64,000 nucleotides of DNA from the NCBI GenBank assembly GCA_965279035.1, contig OZ257142.1, forward strand, positions 2,752,001-2,816,000, written 5' to 3'. Below, one piece after another: positions 49,755 through 59,097 of this stretch (position 1 is its first letter; each line of letters starts with the position of its first letter). A program made the position numbers and the translations under genes. The notes under the pieces were generated by a model. That model ran no database searches. It was not told where the DNA came from and saw only the letters and a list, made by a program, of their open reading frames with translations. This DNA is from Bacteroidia bacterium (GTDB lineage: Bacteria > Bacteroidota > Bacteroidia > M30B66).

Positions 49755-50531
49755 TTAAAGTATACCTGAAATCAACAGGAGGGCAATCGCTATTAAAAAG
49801 ACTGCAACTAGTGTTTGTACAAATCCCATTTGCACTTTTTTCAACAATCTATTTCCAAAATAAGCGCCTACAAAAGCAAACAGTGTTGGAAGAATCCACA
49901 ACATCGCTTCTTGATTATTGAGGCTTTGGTCGAATGAAAAAAGATAATAAGGAATTCGAGTAAAATCAATCACCAAAGCGATTACGACTCCGGTTGCAAT
50001 AAATGCTTCTTTGCTCAAACCAGATCGAACCAAGAATGCACTCCTTAAAGCACCTTGATGTCCGCTCAAGCCACCAAAGAAACCTGATAGTACAGCTCCA
50101 ATAGGTAGAAGTTTAGTAGGAAATTGAAAAGCTTTCCAGCGAGGAATGATTTCAAATCCAGCAAATACGATCATGAATATTCCAATAATCAATTTGATGA
50201 AAGTGATTTCATGTAGTTCAGCACCCAAGCGGTAGATTTTTATTGGATTTATTTCATCTAAATAATCTAATGCATAACTTCCTAAGAGCGAAGCCGGAAT
50301 GGTGAATAAAGAAAACTTGAGTGCTAAATCAAATGCGACTTGTTTACCAATTAGAACTAGTTTGAAAAGATTATTGAGCATGTGTACCAATGCAGTCAGT
50401 AAAATCGCATCCTGAATGGGGACAATCAAGGCAAATGCTGGAAGTAGAAGTGTACCCAATCCAAATCCACTAAAAAAAGTGAGAATTGATGCCAACAACG
50501 CAACGACACAGGGTAGAATTAAATCCATCAA
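49755..50531 (-). CDS. TauE/SafE (TSUP) sulfite-exporter family membrane protein
   Basis: FFSGFGLGTLL and SGFFGGLSGHQGALRS motifs. Confidence 0.85.
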   Translation of the reverse strand: MMDLILPCVVALLASILTFFSGFGLGTLLLPAFALIVPIQDAILLTALVHMLNNLFKLVLIGKQVAFDLALKFSLFTIPASLLGSYALDYLDEINPIKIYRLGAELHEITFIKLIIGIFMIVFAGFEIIPRWKAFQFPTKLLPIGAVLSGFFGGLSGHQGALRSAFLVRSGLSKEAFIATGVVIALVIDFTRIPYYLFSFDQSLNNQEAMLWILPTLFAFVGAYFGNRLLKKVQMGFVQTLVAVFLIAIALLLISGIL

Positions 50532-50666
50532 TAACAGACCTTGTATGAATTAATGTTCTAATTGTCGAAATATTCAAATCGTTCCCTTGAATTAAATTGA
50601 ATATTTATTCAAACGAAATTTAAGTATCGAAGCACAAAATTTATAAATCAAAAATTCTATAAATCT

Positions 50667-51464
50667 CTACAAAGCAGCTGGAATTGTTGACCAATTCTCT
50701 CCGCGTTTTATGCGTAAAAGTTGTGTCTGGGTTATGTTGTATTTCTTTGAAAGAGAACTTAACGTTACTCCTTCATTGATCTTCTTTTTAATAACCCGAA
50801 CTTTGGGGATTGTTAATTTATATTGTTTCGAGTGCAAATTATGAACACCAATTCGATCTTTCCTTGCTTGTATTACACGTGGATTTTTTTCTCGATGAAT
50901 TAAATGCTCTTCTTTAGTCATCCAACAAATGTTTGAATAATGATTATTTTCCTTGTTAAAATCTAAATGAGCTACAATAGAATGATTTGGAGTTGCTTTC
51001 TTAACAAAATACTCTGCAACTAGTCGATGTATTAAAAAACCAATATTAATGGTTCTCTCATTTTCTATTTTTCTAAGGTCTTTTTTATAATTCTGTTTAA
51101 TTAAATCAAGTAATTTTTCTTGTTGTAAAATAGAACGTTCAAGTTTAACGGTTGATTTACCTTTTTCTTGAATTTCAATTATTTCTTTCTGTATTTTTTT
51201 TATTTGTTCTTGTAATAATGAAATTTGAACTCTAAAATATTCAAGTCGTTGATTTGATTTTGAATCCCGTTCAGTATATAATTTGAACCGAACAACTGGA
51301 TACCCTTTCATTAAACTAAAGGCAAGAACTTGCCCTTTTGAAATTTTTGAAAAACTTCGCAAACGCCCAAAATTCGAAATTTCTATATCTAACTTATTGG
51401 TTGATTCAATTTCATTTTGAGTTGTAATTTTCTTCCAAATTTCTTTTTCAGCTTTCTTCGCCAT
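50667..51464 (-). CDS. NUMOD4/HNH endonuclease-like protein with coiled-coil insertion and C-terminal HTH
   Basis: EIWK...ISNFGRLRS (NUMOD4-like), IHRLVAEYF...AHLDFNKENNHYSNICWMT (HNH_3-like), KLT..KV..IK...LSKKYNIT..QL.RIKRGENW (HTH). Confidence 0.8.
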   Translation of the reverse strand: MAKKAEKEIWKKITTQNEIESTNKLDIEISNFGRLRSFSKISKGQVLAFSLMKGYPVVRFKLYTERDSKSNQRLEYFRVQISLLQEQIKKIQKEIIEIQEKGKSTVKLERSILQQEKLLDLIKQNYKKDLRKIENERTINIGFLIHRLVAEYFVKKATPNHSIVAHLDFNKENNHYSNICWMTKEEHLIHREKNPRVIQARKDRIGVHNLHSKQYKLTIPKVRVIKKKINEGVTLSSLSKKYNITQTQLLRIKRGENWSTIPAAL

Positions 51465-51636
51465 ATTATGTAGTGTCCGTGTTTTTGAACATTCAAAGAT
51501 GCGCCTTCGAATGAATAGTGCATTTTAAATTCACCAAATTAGAACGTTATTATTTTTGGTGCTTAAAATGAATTAGAACGCACGAATGTAACAAAAGAAA
51601 CGTCCTGTACAAACATTCCCAATGGTCGCAAAGATA
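51465..51636 (-). promoter_or_regulatory. TATCTTTG promoter (51629-51636) and about 160-nt structured leader of the HNH-like gene
   Basis: Three successive hairpins at 51584-51618, 51521-51570 and 51490-51513. Confidence 0.5.
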
Positions 51637-51863
51637 ATATCTATAAAGAAGTTGAGCGGTATTTGGTTCTTGTACTATAAACTTTTTACCTGCTCGACTA
51701 TCTGAATAAAAAACTTGTATGAATGCGCAATAAATTCCTAGAAATAACTATATGTTTTTTTTTAAAAAATATTTTAAGATTAAAATACCAAAGCATTATT
51801 CAATTTACAAATCAATCGATTTAACTAAATAAAGAAATTTCTGAAGTGTAAACCGACTTATGG

Positions 51864-52967
51864 TTAACGCCCCGCAAGGTTACTCATTGGTAATTGCTCA
51901 GTATAGATAAAGCTATTTTGAGACGATTCAAAAGGACGATAAACATAATACACTCTATTATTTCGAATGCGAATATGATCTACATAACGGTAATACAATG
52001 GAATTTCATTTCCTTCCGATGCATCAATTAAAGATATAGGAGCCAGCGAATAATTTCCTCCATGAAAATGTAAGGCATACACCTCATTTGTTATTTCATC
52101 CTGAATGAGTTGTTTCTTATAGGTTTTTTCTTTGTGAAAATGCATTTCTAATTTCTTGCTCAATTCTCCATCGGCAGAATAACAAAACAAACTATCACGA
52201 TAATGATCAAAAATATATACCAATGAATCGTTATGTACTAAGGGAGAATACAATGTATGCCACCATAATGAATGTGTAAAACCTGTGAATTCAGCCGCTA
52301 AATCGTATTTGCTTTTTCCTGTTTCGCGACTTTGACGCTTGAGTGCACACTGTGTTTTAAAGGGCAGAAATTTATATTCGGCATAATACAAATCATATAA
52401 ATGAGCATCTCGAATTTCTAATAAAGTATCGGTTTCACGGCTCATTCGATTTGTTCGCATAAAAGCAAAATCGGGGCGCTGAGGATGAAAACTACTTAGA
52501 AAAAATAATTCTTCATTGGCAGCTACTGTTGGACGAATAGCAGTAAAATAAAACCGTTCATCCATTGCTTGTAAATAAATTGCTCCAGCATAAAAATCAA
52601 GTCGATATGTGGCCGATTTGCATTCGATATACAATTTATCATACACGTCTTTATGAAATCCCAATGGCTTATCATTTAATTTCATTGAAGCCAACTCCTT
52701 CCCTACCCGATCAATCAATCGTATGGTGCATTTGTCGGGGTTTTTATCCCATGTGAGAACAACTAAACTATCTCCCCGGAAATGAAAATCGCGAATCATC
52801 CACACTGGCGATTGTACCAAAGTATCTGGTTTACGAACATCGCGAATTGTCACTTCGTGCAATTCTTTAGTCCAGGTAATTGGCTTTTTCTGACTAGTAT
52901 CGACTTGTGCTCCCATTGTGAAGGAGCATCCAATTAAAAAGCTGAAAATAAAATAGAGCTTGTTCAT
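51864..52967 (-). CDS. Hypothetical secreted protein (possibly beta-propeller)
   Basis: Long ORF with signal peptide and an ELHEVTI linker; no recognised catalytic motif. Confidence 0.7.
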   Translation of the reverse strand: MNKLYFIFSFLIGCSFTMGAQVDTSQKKPITWTKELHEVTIRDVRKPDTLVQSPVWMIRDFHFRGDSLVVLTWDKNPDKCTIRLIDRVGKELASMKLNDKPLGFHKDVYDKLYIECKSATYRLDFYAGAIYLQAMDERFYFTAIRPTVAANEELFFLSSFHPQRPDFAFMRTNRMSRETDTLLEIRDAHLYDLYYAEYKFLPFKTQCALKRQSRETGKSKYDLAAEFTGFTHSLWWHTLYSPLVHNDSLVYIFDHYRDSLFCYSADGELSKKLEMHFHKEKTYKKQLIQDEITNEVYALHFHGGNYSLAPISLIDASEGNEIPLYYRYVDHIRIRNNRVYYVYRPFESSQNSFIYTEQLPMSNLAGR

Positions 52968-53230
52968 AGGACTTGATTTTAGACGTATAAATGAACAGGT
53001 AAAAGGTAGTTTGATTTAAAAGAGATAGAAAAAACAGATTAGCGACTTTATCGGATAAAATCAGGAATTCAATGATTCATTTCATTTATCAATCTGCATT
53101 ATAAAGCAAAAAGATTGGTTTTCTATGTTTCATTCTATTCAAAATAAAGCACTTAAAACATTCTGAATTTTATTTGAATAAAGCAGCTTAAGCAATAGGA
53201 AAAAGCAATGAACTAGATTTACTTTGTAGC

Positions 53231-53764
53231 TTGACCAAACGAATTCTTCTAACAGGTGGTCCCGGTTTCGGGAAATCAAGCATAATCCAAGAATTGGAAC
53301 GCATGGAATTTTCTGTGTTTCACGAAGTTGCTCGACAAATTATTCAACACGAAATCTCCATTGGAGGAACAGCTGTGCCATGGATAGATATTGCTTCATT
53401 TTCGGCAAAGGTGCTTCAAGGTAGAATTGATCAATATGCCGAAGGAGAAAATGGGGTATGGTTTTATGATCGCGGATTGCCCGATATAGCTGGCTTTTTA
53501 CGCAAAGAGAAAAAGGAAACGCCCGAAGATATTTGGCAACTTTGTCAGGATTTCCCTTACGAAAAACAGGTATTTATCACACCGCCTTGGGAAGCCATTT
53601 TTCATCGTGATGCTGAACGAAAAGAAGACTTTGCTGCTGCAATCAAGGTTCATAAAGCATTGGAATCGGTTTATACTGAACTTGGTTATGAACTAATTCC
53701 TGTCCCAATGGGCTCCATTCGTTGGCGAGCTCAATACATATTGAATAAAGCCGGAATCAAGTAA
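53231..53764 (+). CDS. AAA_28 (NadR/Ttd14-like) P-loop ATPase/kinase
   Basis: TGGPGFGKSS, FYDRGLPD, PPWEAIF..D.ERKE; TTG start. Confidence 0.85.
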   Translation: MTKRILLTGGPGFGKSSIIQELERMEFSVFHEVARQIIQHEISIGGTAVPWIDIASFSAKVLQGRIDQYAEGENGVWFYDRGLPDIAGFLRKEKKETPEDIWQLCQDFPYEKQVFITPPWEAIFHRDAERKEDFAAAIKVHKALESVYTELGYELIPVPMGSIRWRAQYILNKAGIK

Positions 53765-53775
53765 ATTTGGTCCTG

Positions 53776-55686
53776 ATGGGAAACCCAAAAGAGATACTTG
53801 AGCGTTACTGGGGATTTAAAGAATTTCGTCCGCTACAGGAAGACATCGTACAATCTGTATTAAACAGACACGACACACTGGCATTGCTGCCAACTGGTGG
53901 TGGAAAATCCATTTGTTTTCAAGTGCCTGCCTTATGTTTAGAAAAGCTGTGTATTGTGATTTCACCACTCATCGCCTTGATGAAAGACCAAGTGGAAAAT
54001 TTAGGAAAGAAAGGCATTCAAGCAGGTATGATTTCCTCTTCGATGAAAGCATTGGAAATCGATATGCTGCTCAATCGCTGCTTAGATGGTGAAATGCAAT
54101 TTCTCTATGTTTCACCTGAACGTCTAAAAAGTGAACGTTTTCTTGAAGTCATTCCGAATATGAATATTGGGATGATTGCAGTAGATGAAGCGCATTGCAT
54201 ATCACAATGGGGCTATGATTTCCGCCCAAGCTATACACAGATTGCTGATATCCGTGAAGTATTACCCGGAATTCCCATTATTGCACTCACTGCAACCGCT
54301 ACACCTGAAGTATGTGATGACATTGAAATTCAGCTAAAATTCAAGCAGAATAAGCGGTTTAAGAAAAGCTTTACTCGTTCCAATTTAGGGTATATCGTTC
54401 GTCATACCGAAGATAAACCGGCTCAGCTTTTACGCATTTTACAAAATGTTCAAGGTAGTTCGGTGGTGTATGTACGTAATAGAAAACGTTGCAAAGACGT
54501 GGCTGATATACTTCTCAAAGAAGGAATTTCGGCTTCTTATTATCATGCAGGTTTAGATGGCGCAACCCGCAATTTACGTCAGATTCAATGGATCGAGGGG
54601 CGTGTTCGTGTGATGGTATGCACCAATGCATTTGGAATGGGCATCGACAAACCCGATGTTCGCAGTGTGATTCATCTTGAATTACCCGATTCGCCTGAAG
54701 CTTATTTTCAAGAAGCTGGTAGAGCCGGTCGTGATGGTGAAAAAGCATTTGCCGTATTGCTTACCGACGATGGGGATGAACGTGATTTTGAAGATCGATT
54801 TAATCATGCATTTCCTGGATTTGACACGATTAAAGCTATCTACAATTGGTTAGGAAATTATCTTCAACTACCTGTTGGAGCTGGCGAAGAACAATCATTT
54901 CCATTCGATTTAGGAAGCTTTGCCAAACGTTATAAACAGCATCCCGTAGAATGTTATTCTGGCTTGCGATTTTTAGAACGTGAAGGATTAATTAGTCTTC
55001 AAGAAAATCACTATCAGCCTTCACGCATTTTTATTCCAGTAAATCAAGAGAAAATTTATGAATTCGAATTAGGTCATCCCGAATATGAGCAGGTGTTAAA
55101 AACATTGCTTCGCTCCTATGGTGGCTTATTTCAAGAATATGTACAAATTAGAGAACAGGATATTTCCGACCGAACAGGTATACAATTCAACCGATTAATT
55201 GAGATGTTGAATTATCTCGATAAACTTGGGCTCATCAGCTTTTATGCATCAAATGATGAATCGCAGATTTATTTTACCACGGCGCGTCAACATCCTGATC
55301 GTCTTCCAATTTCCTTGAAACGTTACAACGAACGTCGCGATGCTGCTTTAAAGCGAATGCAAGCTATGTCTCGCTACGTAAGGGAATCGGATGTTTGTCG
55401 TTCGAAATATTTAGTTCATTATTTCGGGGAGAAAAATGCCTTAAGATGTGGTCAATGTGATGTATGTTTAGATCAAGATAAACGGGGAAAATTAGATGCA
55501 TCACTTGAACGGATGCGTGTGAAATTGAAAATGCTCTTGGAAGGTAAATCCATGCATCCTGATGAAATCGTAAAGCAATTCCCTGATAATCCGGATAGGC
55601 TTTTAGAATACATGCGTGTTTGGTTAGATGAAGGAATTCTCCAAGAAACAGAAAAGGGATGGATACAATGGAATTCGAACGATTAA
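53776..55686 (+). CDS. recQ: RecQ-family DNA helicase (Bacteroidota RecQ2 type)
   Basis: PTGGGKS, DEAH, ALTATA, AFGMGIDKPDVR, QEAGRAGRDG, Zn-binding CR...CGQCDVC. Start ATG 53776 behind TAAATTTG at 53762-53769. Confidence 0.94.
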   Translation: MGNPKEILERYWGFKEFRPLQEDIVQSVLNRHDTLALLPTGGGKSICFQVPALCLEKLCIVISPLIALMKDQVENLGKKGIQAGMISSSMKALEIDMLLNRCLDGEMQFLYVSPERLKSERFLEVIPNMNIGMIAVDEAHCISQWGYDFRPSYTQIADIREVLPGIPIIALTATATPEVCDDIEIQLKFKQNKRFKKSFTRSNLGYIVRHTEDKPAQLLRILQNVQGSSVVYVRNRKRCKDVADILLKEGISASYYHAGLDGATRNLRQIQWIEGRVRVMVCTNAFGMGIDKPDVRSVIHLELPDSPEAYFQEAGRAGRDGEKAFAVLLTDDGDERDFEDRFNHAFPGFDTIKAIYNWLGNYLQLPVGAGEEQSFPFDLGSFAKRYKQHPVECYSGLRFLEREGLISLQENHYQPSRIFIPVNQEKIYEFELGHPEYEQVLKTLLRSYGGLFQEYVQIREQDISDRTGIQFNRLIEMLNYLDKLGLISFYASNDESQIYFTTARQHPDRLPISLKRYNERRDAALKRMQAMSRYVRESDVCRSKYLVHYFGEKNALRCGQCDVCLDQDKRGKLDASLERMRVKLKMLLEGKSMHPDEIVKQFPDNPDRLLEYMRVWLDEGILQETEKGWIQWNSND

Positions 55687-56270
55687 ATCTCTCTTGGTAT
55701 TTAAGGACCGATGTTGTTGCCCAAGCAGAAGAATTAATTGGGAAAGTGATATGCACTAACATTAACGGACAGTATTGCAGCGGAATCATTACAGAAACCG
55801 AAGCTTACGAAGGTGAAATTGATCAAGCCAGTCATGCTTTTGGTGGACGAAGAACAGCTCGCACCGAAACAATGTATCAAGCTGGTGGAATCGCTTACAT
55901 TTATTTGTGTTATGGGATGCATCATTTATTTAATGTAGTAACAGCGTCTGAAGGAATTCCGCATGCTATATTAATTCGAGGAATTCATCCACTCGAAGGA
56001 TTTTCGATTATGCAAGAACGTAGAAAAGGAAAAAAAGCAGGAAAGAATTTTAGCGCTGGACCAGCAACTGCAGCACAAGCCTTGGGATTAAATACTTCAA
56101 TGAATGGAACAACCTTATTGCAAAATTCCATTTGGATTGAAGATCGGAAAGTGAAAATTCCTAAGAATTCTATTGAGAAAAGTCCGCGCATAGGTGTTGA
56201 TTATGCAGGTGAACACGCGCAGTGGTTGTATCGTTTTTTGATCAAAGACGTAACATATCCTCTATATTAA
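55668..56270 (+). CDS. mpg: 3-methyladenine DNA glycosylase (AAG/MPG family)
   Basis: ETEAY, YIYLCYGMH, AILIR, RIGV motifs. Confidence 0.92.
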   Translation: MEFERLNLSWYLRTDVVAQAEELIGKVICTNINGQYCSGIITETEAYEGEIDQASHAFGGRRTARTETMYQAGGIAYIYLCYGMHHLFNVVTASEGIPHAILIRGIHPLEGFSIMQERRKGKKAGKNFSAGPATAAQALGLNTSMNGTTLLQNSIWIEDRKVKIPKNSIEKSPRIGVDYAGEHAQWLYRFLIKDVTYPLY

Positions 56271-56300
56271 TTTGAATAAATTGCCCCAAAGAAGCATTCA

Positions 56301-56843
56301 ATGAAATTAATCAACCGCTATTTTGCTATTATATGGGCCATTGCCTCTTTTTTGGCTGTATTATTTTGGCTTACATTCTTAAAGCGTTTCGAATGGCAAA
56401 CTTGGTTCGAATACAGTTCCTGTGTATGCGCTTTGTACTTATTTTATTGCAGTCGCTCATTTCGTGGAACTAAATTCAGAACCATAACAATGGCTTCCAC
56501 ATTGGCATTAATCGGATTGGGTTTACGCGTTATGCGTTGGTCGTTTGCTTTCGAAATTCAAGTGCTTTCTACCGGAATGATGATGATTGCGTATTTATTA
56601 TTTTTCATTCGAAACACCAATCAAACTTGGCTCGATTGGATCAAAGTAGTAACGGGAATGCTTGCTGGAATTCTATTTCTACTCCGCTTGTTTCATCTTC
56701 CACTTCCCCTACCCGATTTGGATTTAGCTATGATTTTAATTTGGCCTGTGTATATCAGCATTGCCTATTCAGAAGCCATGGGAATTGACATTTCCGAATT
56801 AAAAAAACAGTCTGCTCCTCAATTACCAGATGATGTTATTTAA
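56301..56843 (+). CDS. Hypothetical membrane protein (about 6 TM)
   Basis: Hydrophobic ORF filling the mpg-rpe gap. Confidence 0.65.
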   Translation: MKLINRYFAIIWAIASFLAVLFWLTFLKRFEWQTWFEYSSCVCALYLFYCSRSFRGTKFRTITMASTLALIGLGLRVMRWSFAFEIQVLSTGMMMIAYLLFFIRNTNQTWLDWIKVVTGMLAGILFLLRLFHLPLPLPDLDLAMILIWPVYISIAYSEAMGIDISELKKQSAPQLPDDVI

Positions 56844-56878
56844 TTTGAATTTTCATACCTCATTTTATCCCTCTTTAA

Positions 56879-56901
56879 TCCCTGAGCTTGTCGAAGGGAG
56901 C
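56879..56901 (+). repeat. REP-like element TCCCTGAGCTTGTCGAAGGGAGC
   Basis: Matches 25739-25761 at all but one base. Confidence 0.8.
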
Positions 56902-56938
56902 AAAGAAGGAACAAATAAAAATTAATTACATTTGCGGC

Positions 56939-57592
56939 ATGTCACATTTACTTGCTCCATCCATTTTATCTGCCGATTTTAATCACCTGAGTAAAGACAT
57001 TCAGCTCATTAATGAAAGCGAAGCAGATTGGTTTCATATTGATGTGATGGATGGTGTTTTTGTACCGAATATTTCCTTTGGGTTTCCCATTTTGAAGCAT
57101 GTAAAAAAACTGTCACAAAAGCCGCTCGATTGTCATTTGATGATTGTGGAACCTGATCGTTATTTAGAAGAATTTGCCAAGGCTGGAGCAGATGTTATTA
57201 CTGTGCATTTGGAAGCGTGTAACCACATTCATCGTACGCTACAAAAGATTCGTTCATTAGGAATTAAAGCAGGTGTAGCAATCAATCCAGGAACGCCTAT
57301 TAATCAATTGGAAGATATTGTAAACGATGCTGATTTATTTTTGGTAATGAGTGTGAATCCTGGTTTTGGCGGACAGAAATTCATCCCCAATACCATTCAA
57401 AAAGTATGGGCATTAAAACGCCTGTTGATTCAACACCAAAGCAAAGCAATAATTGAAGTAGATGGCGGCGTTGACGAAAGTAATTATGCCGAATTAGTCG
57501 AAGCTGGCGCCGATGTTTTAGTAGCCGGAAGTGCCGTTTTCAATATGCCCGATCCGAAAAAAGCAATCTTGAATTTAAAGGGGAAAAAGTAA
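56939..57592 (+). CDS. rpe: Ribulose-phosphate 3-epimerase
   Basis: APSILSADF, HIDVMDG, DCHLM, MSVNPGFGGQ, VDGG. ATG 56939 lies 4 nt after TACATTTG. Confidence 0.96.
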   Translation: MSHLLAPSILSADFNHLSKDIQLINESEADWFHIDVMDGVFVPNISFGFPILKHVKKLSQKPLDCHLMIVEPDRYLEEFAKAGADVITVHLEACNHIHRTLQKIRSLGIKAGVAINPGTPINQLEDIVNDADLFLVMSVNPGFGGQKFIPNTIQKVWALKRLLIQHQSKAIIEVDGGVDESNYAELVEAGADVLVAGSAVFNMPDPKKAILNLKGKK

Positions 57593-57702
57593 TTACGAAT
57601 TATCAATTACGAATTACTTACACCGATTTACTTATTACGATATAAGAATTCAGAACATCGATTATCGCAATTCATTATAATTAAAAATTATCAATTCGTA
57701 AT
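57591..57702. repeat. Inverted heptamer tandem tracts (AATTACG)n ... (AATTCGT)n, continuing at 59098-59117
   Basis: Four units at 57591-57618; complementary units at 57686-57702 and after the IS. Confidence 0.75.
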
Positions 57703-59097
57703 CAGTACTGTCCGGTTAAAGTTTAAATCAGAAAAAAGGAGCGACCATTTCGATCACTCCTTTTGTGATTATTTTTGAGTTACGACACACCAAAATAATC
57801 ATGAGTAAAAGTAAATATTTTACCGGACAGCCGATTTACAGTCAACTCCTTTCTTATCTGCCTCAGACGAAAGTAAAGAACATAGCTGATGAGCATAACG
57901 CTGATAGGTATTATAAGAACTTCAGGACTTATACGCACCTAGTAACGATGCTTTACGCAATCTTTAATCGGTGTACAGGTATCCGAGAAGTGACCTCAGG
58001 CCTACTTGCCTGGGAAGGCAGGATACAGCATTTAGGAATCAACTACTTTCCCAGAAGGAGCACGATTTCAGATGCAAATACCAGTCGACCAGCCGATGTC
58101 TTTGAAGATATTTACTACTGGCTTTATGACCGATACAAGCATTTTTTACCGGACAGCCGAAGTAAAATCGCATCCCGGCTTTATATTGTTGACTCGACAA
58201 CGATTCAGTTGTTTCAGGAAGTTTTGAAAAATGCCGGTCGTAATCCCGCCGATGGTAAGCGCAAAGGCGGTATTAAGGTGCATACTTTAATGAGGAGTGA
58301 TCAAGACGTGCCTTGCTTGATAAGGTTCTCTGCTGGAGCTGGAGCCGACAGCCCATTTCTGCAGAACATACACCTGCAACGTGGGTCCATTGTGGTGTTT
58401 GATCGTGGTTATAATGATTACAAGCAATACAACCGTTTCTCGGAAGAAAATGTCACATGGGTGACCCGATTACGAAACAACACCGTGATCAAAGTCCTGC
58501 GGGAAAAGAAAATTTCAGACAAGGAAAAGCAGAACGGAATTTTGCTCGACCAGATTATAGAAATGGGCCACACCAAGCACAATAACAATACACGAGTGAA
58601 GGCACGTCTTATAAAATATGAGGACAAAAAATCGAAGAGGATATTTGAATTCATAACCAATAACAATCAATTCAAACCCTCCTCAATCGCACTGTTTTAT
58701 AAAAATCGTTGGCAGATCGAATCGCTATTTAAGCGTATCAAACAGAACTATCCGATGCAAAGCTTCCTTGGAGAGAGCGAAAATGCGATCAAAATCCAAA
58801 TCTGGTGTGCCCTGATCGCTGACCTTGTCTTAAAAATTGTCAAAGCAAGAGCTGGTAAAAACTGGTCGTTTTCAAATCTTGCAGCCATGGTCAGGCTACA
58901 TTTGATGACCTATATCAACCTTTTTGAATTCCTCATCAATCCTGAAAAATCGCTAATTAGAAATCAAATTAAATCCTTTCAACTGCCATTGTTCCCTCCA
59001 TAGGGGGCTTTATTTTAAATAAATACCATCAACACCCGCATTTACTGCAACTACAGAAGGTAAATCATGCAATCTCAATTTTAACCGGACAGTACTG
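57703..59097 (+). mobile_element. IS4-family insertion sequence (1395 bp)
   Basis: Perfect 18-bp TIR CAGTACTGTCCGGTTAAA at both ends; 9-bp TSD ATTCGTAAT (57694-57702, 59098-59106); subterminal hairpin AAAAGGAG...CTCCTTTT. Confidence 0.95.
57801..59003 (+). CDS. IS4-family DDE transposase (DUF4372-type N-terminus)
   Basis: IVDST, VFDRGY, YKNRWQIESLFK (YREK motif); intact ORF. Confidence 0.95.
   Translation: MSKSKYFTGQPIYSQLLSYLPQTKVKNIADEHNADRYYKNFRTYTHLVTMLYAIFNRCTGIREVTSGLLAWEGRIQHLGINYFPRRSTISDANTSRPADVFEDIYYWLYDRYKHFLPDSRSKIASRLYIVDSTTIQLFQEVLKNAGRNPADGKRKGGIKVHTLMRSDQDVPCLIRFSAGAGADSPFLQNIHLQRGSIVVFDRGYNDYKQYNRFSEENVTWVTRLRNNTVIKVLREKKISDKEKQNGILLDQIIEMGHTKHNNNTRVKARLIKYEDKKSKRIFEFITNNNQFKPSSIALFYKNRWQIESLFKRIKQNYPMQSFLGESENAIKIQIWCALIADLVLKIVKARAGKNWSFSNLAAMVRLHLMTYINLFEFLINPEKSLIRNQIKSFQLPLFPP

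Noticed and set aside
56888-56938. N-terminal extension of rpe (and similar extensions of pbpC, nlpE-like, tetR, lptF, ECF) in the ORF track
   Set aside because: The extensions run through REP, promoter or terminator sequence; downstream starts fit promoter spacing and family N-termini better
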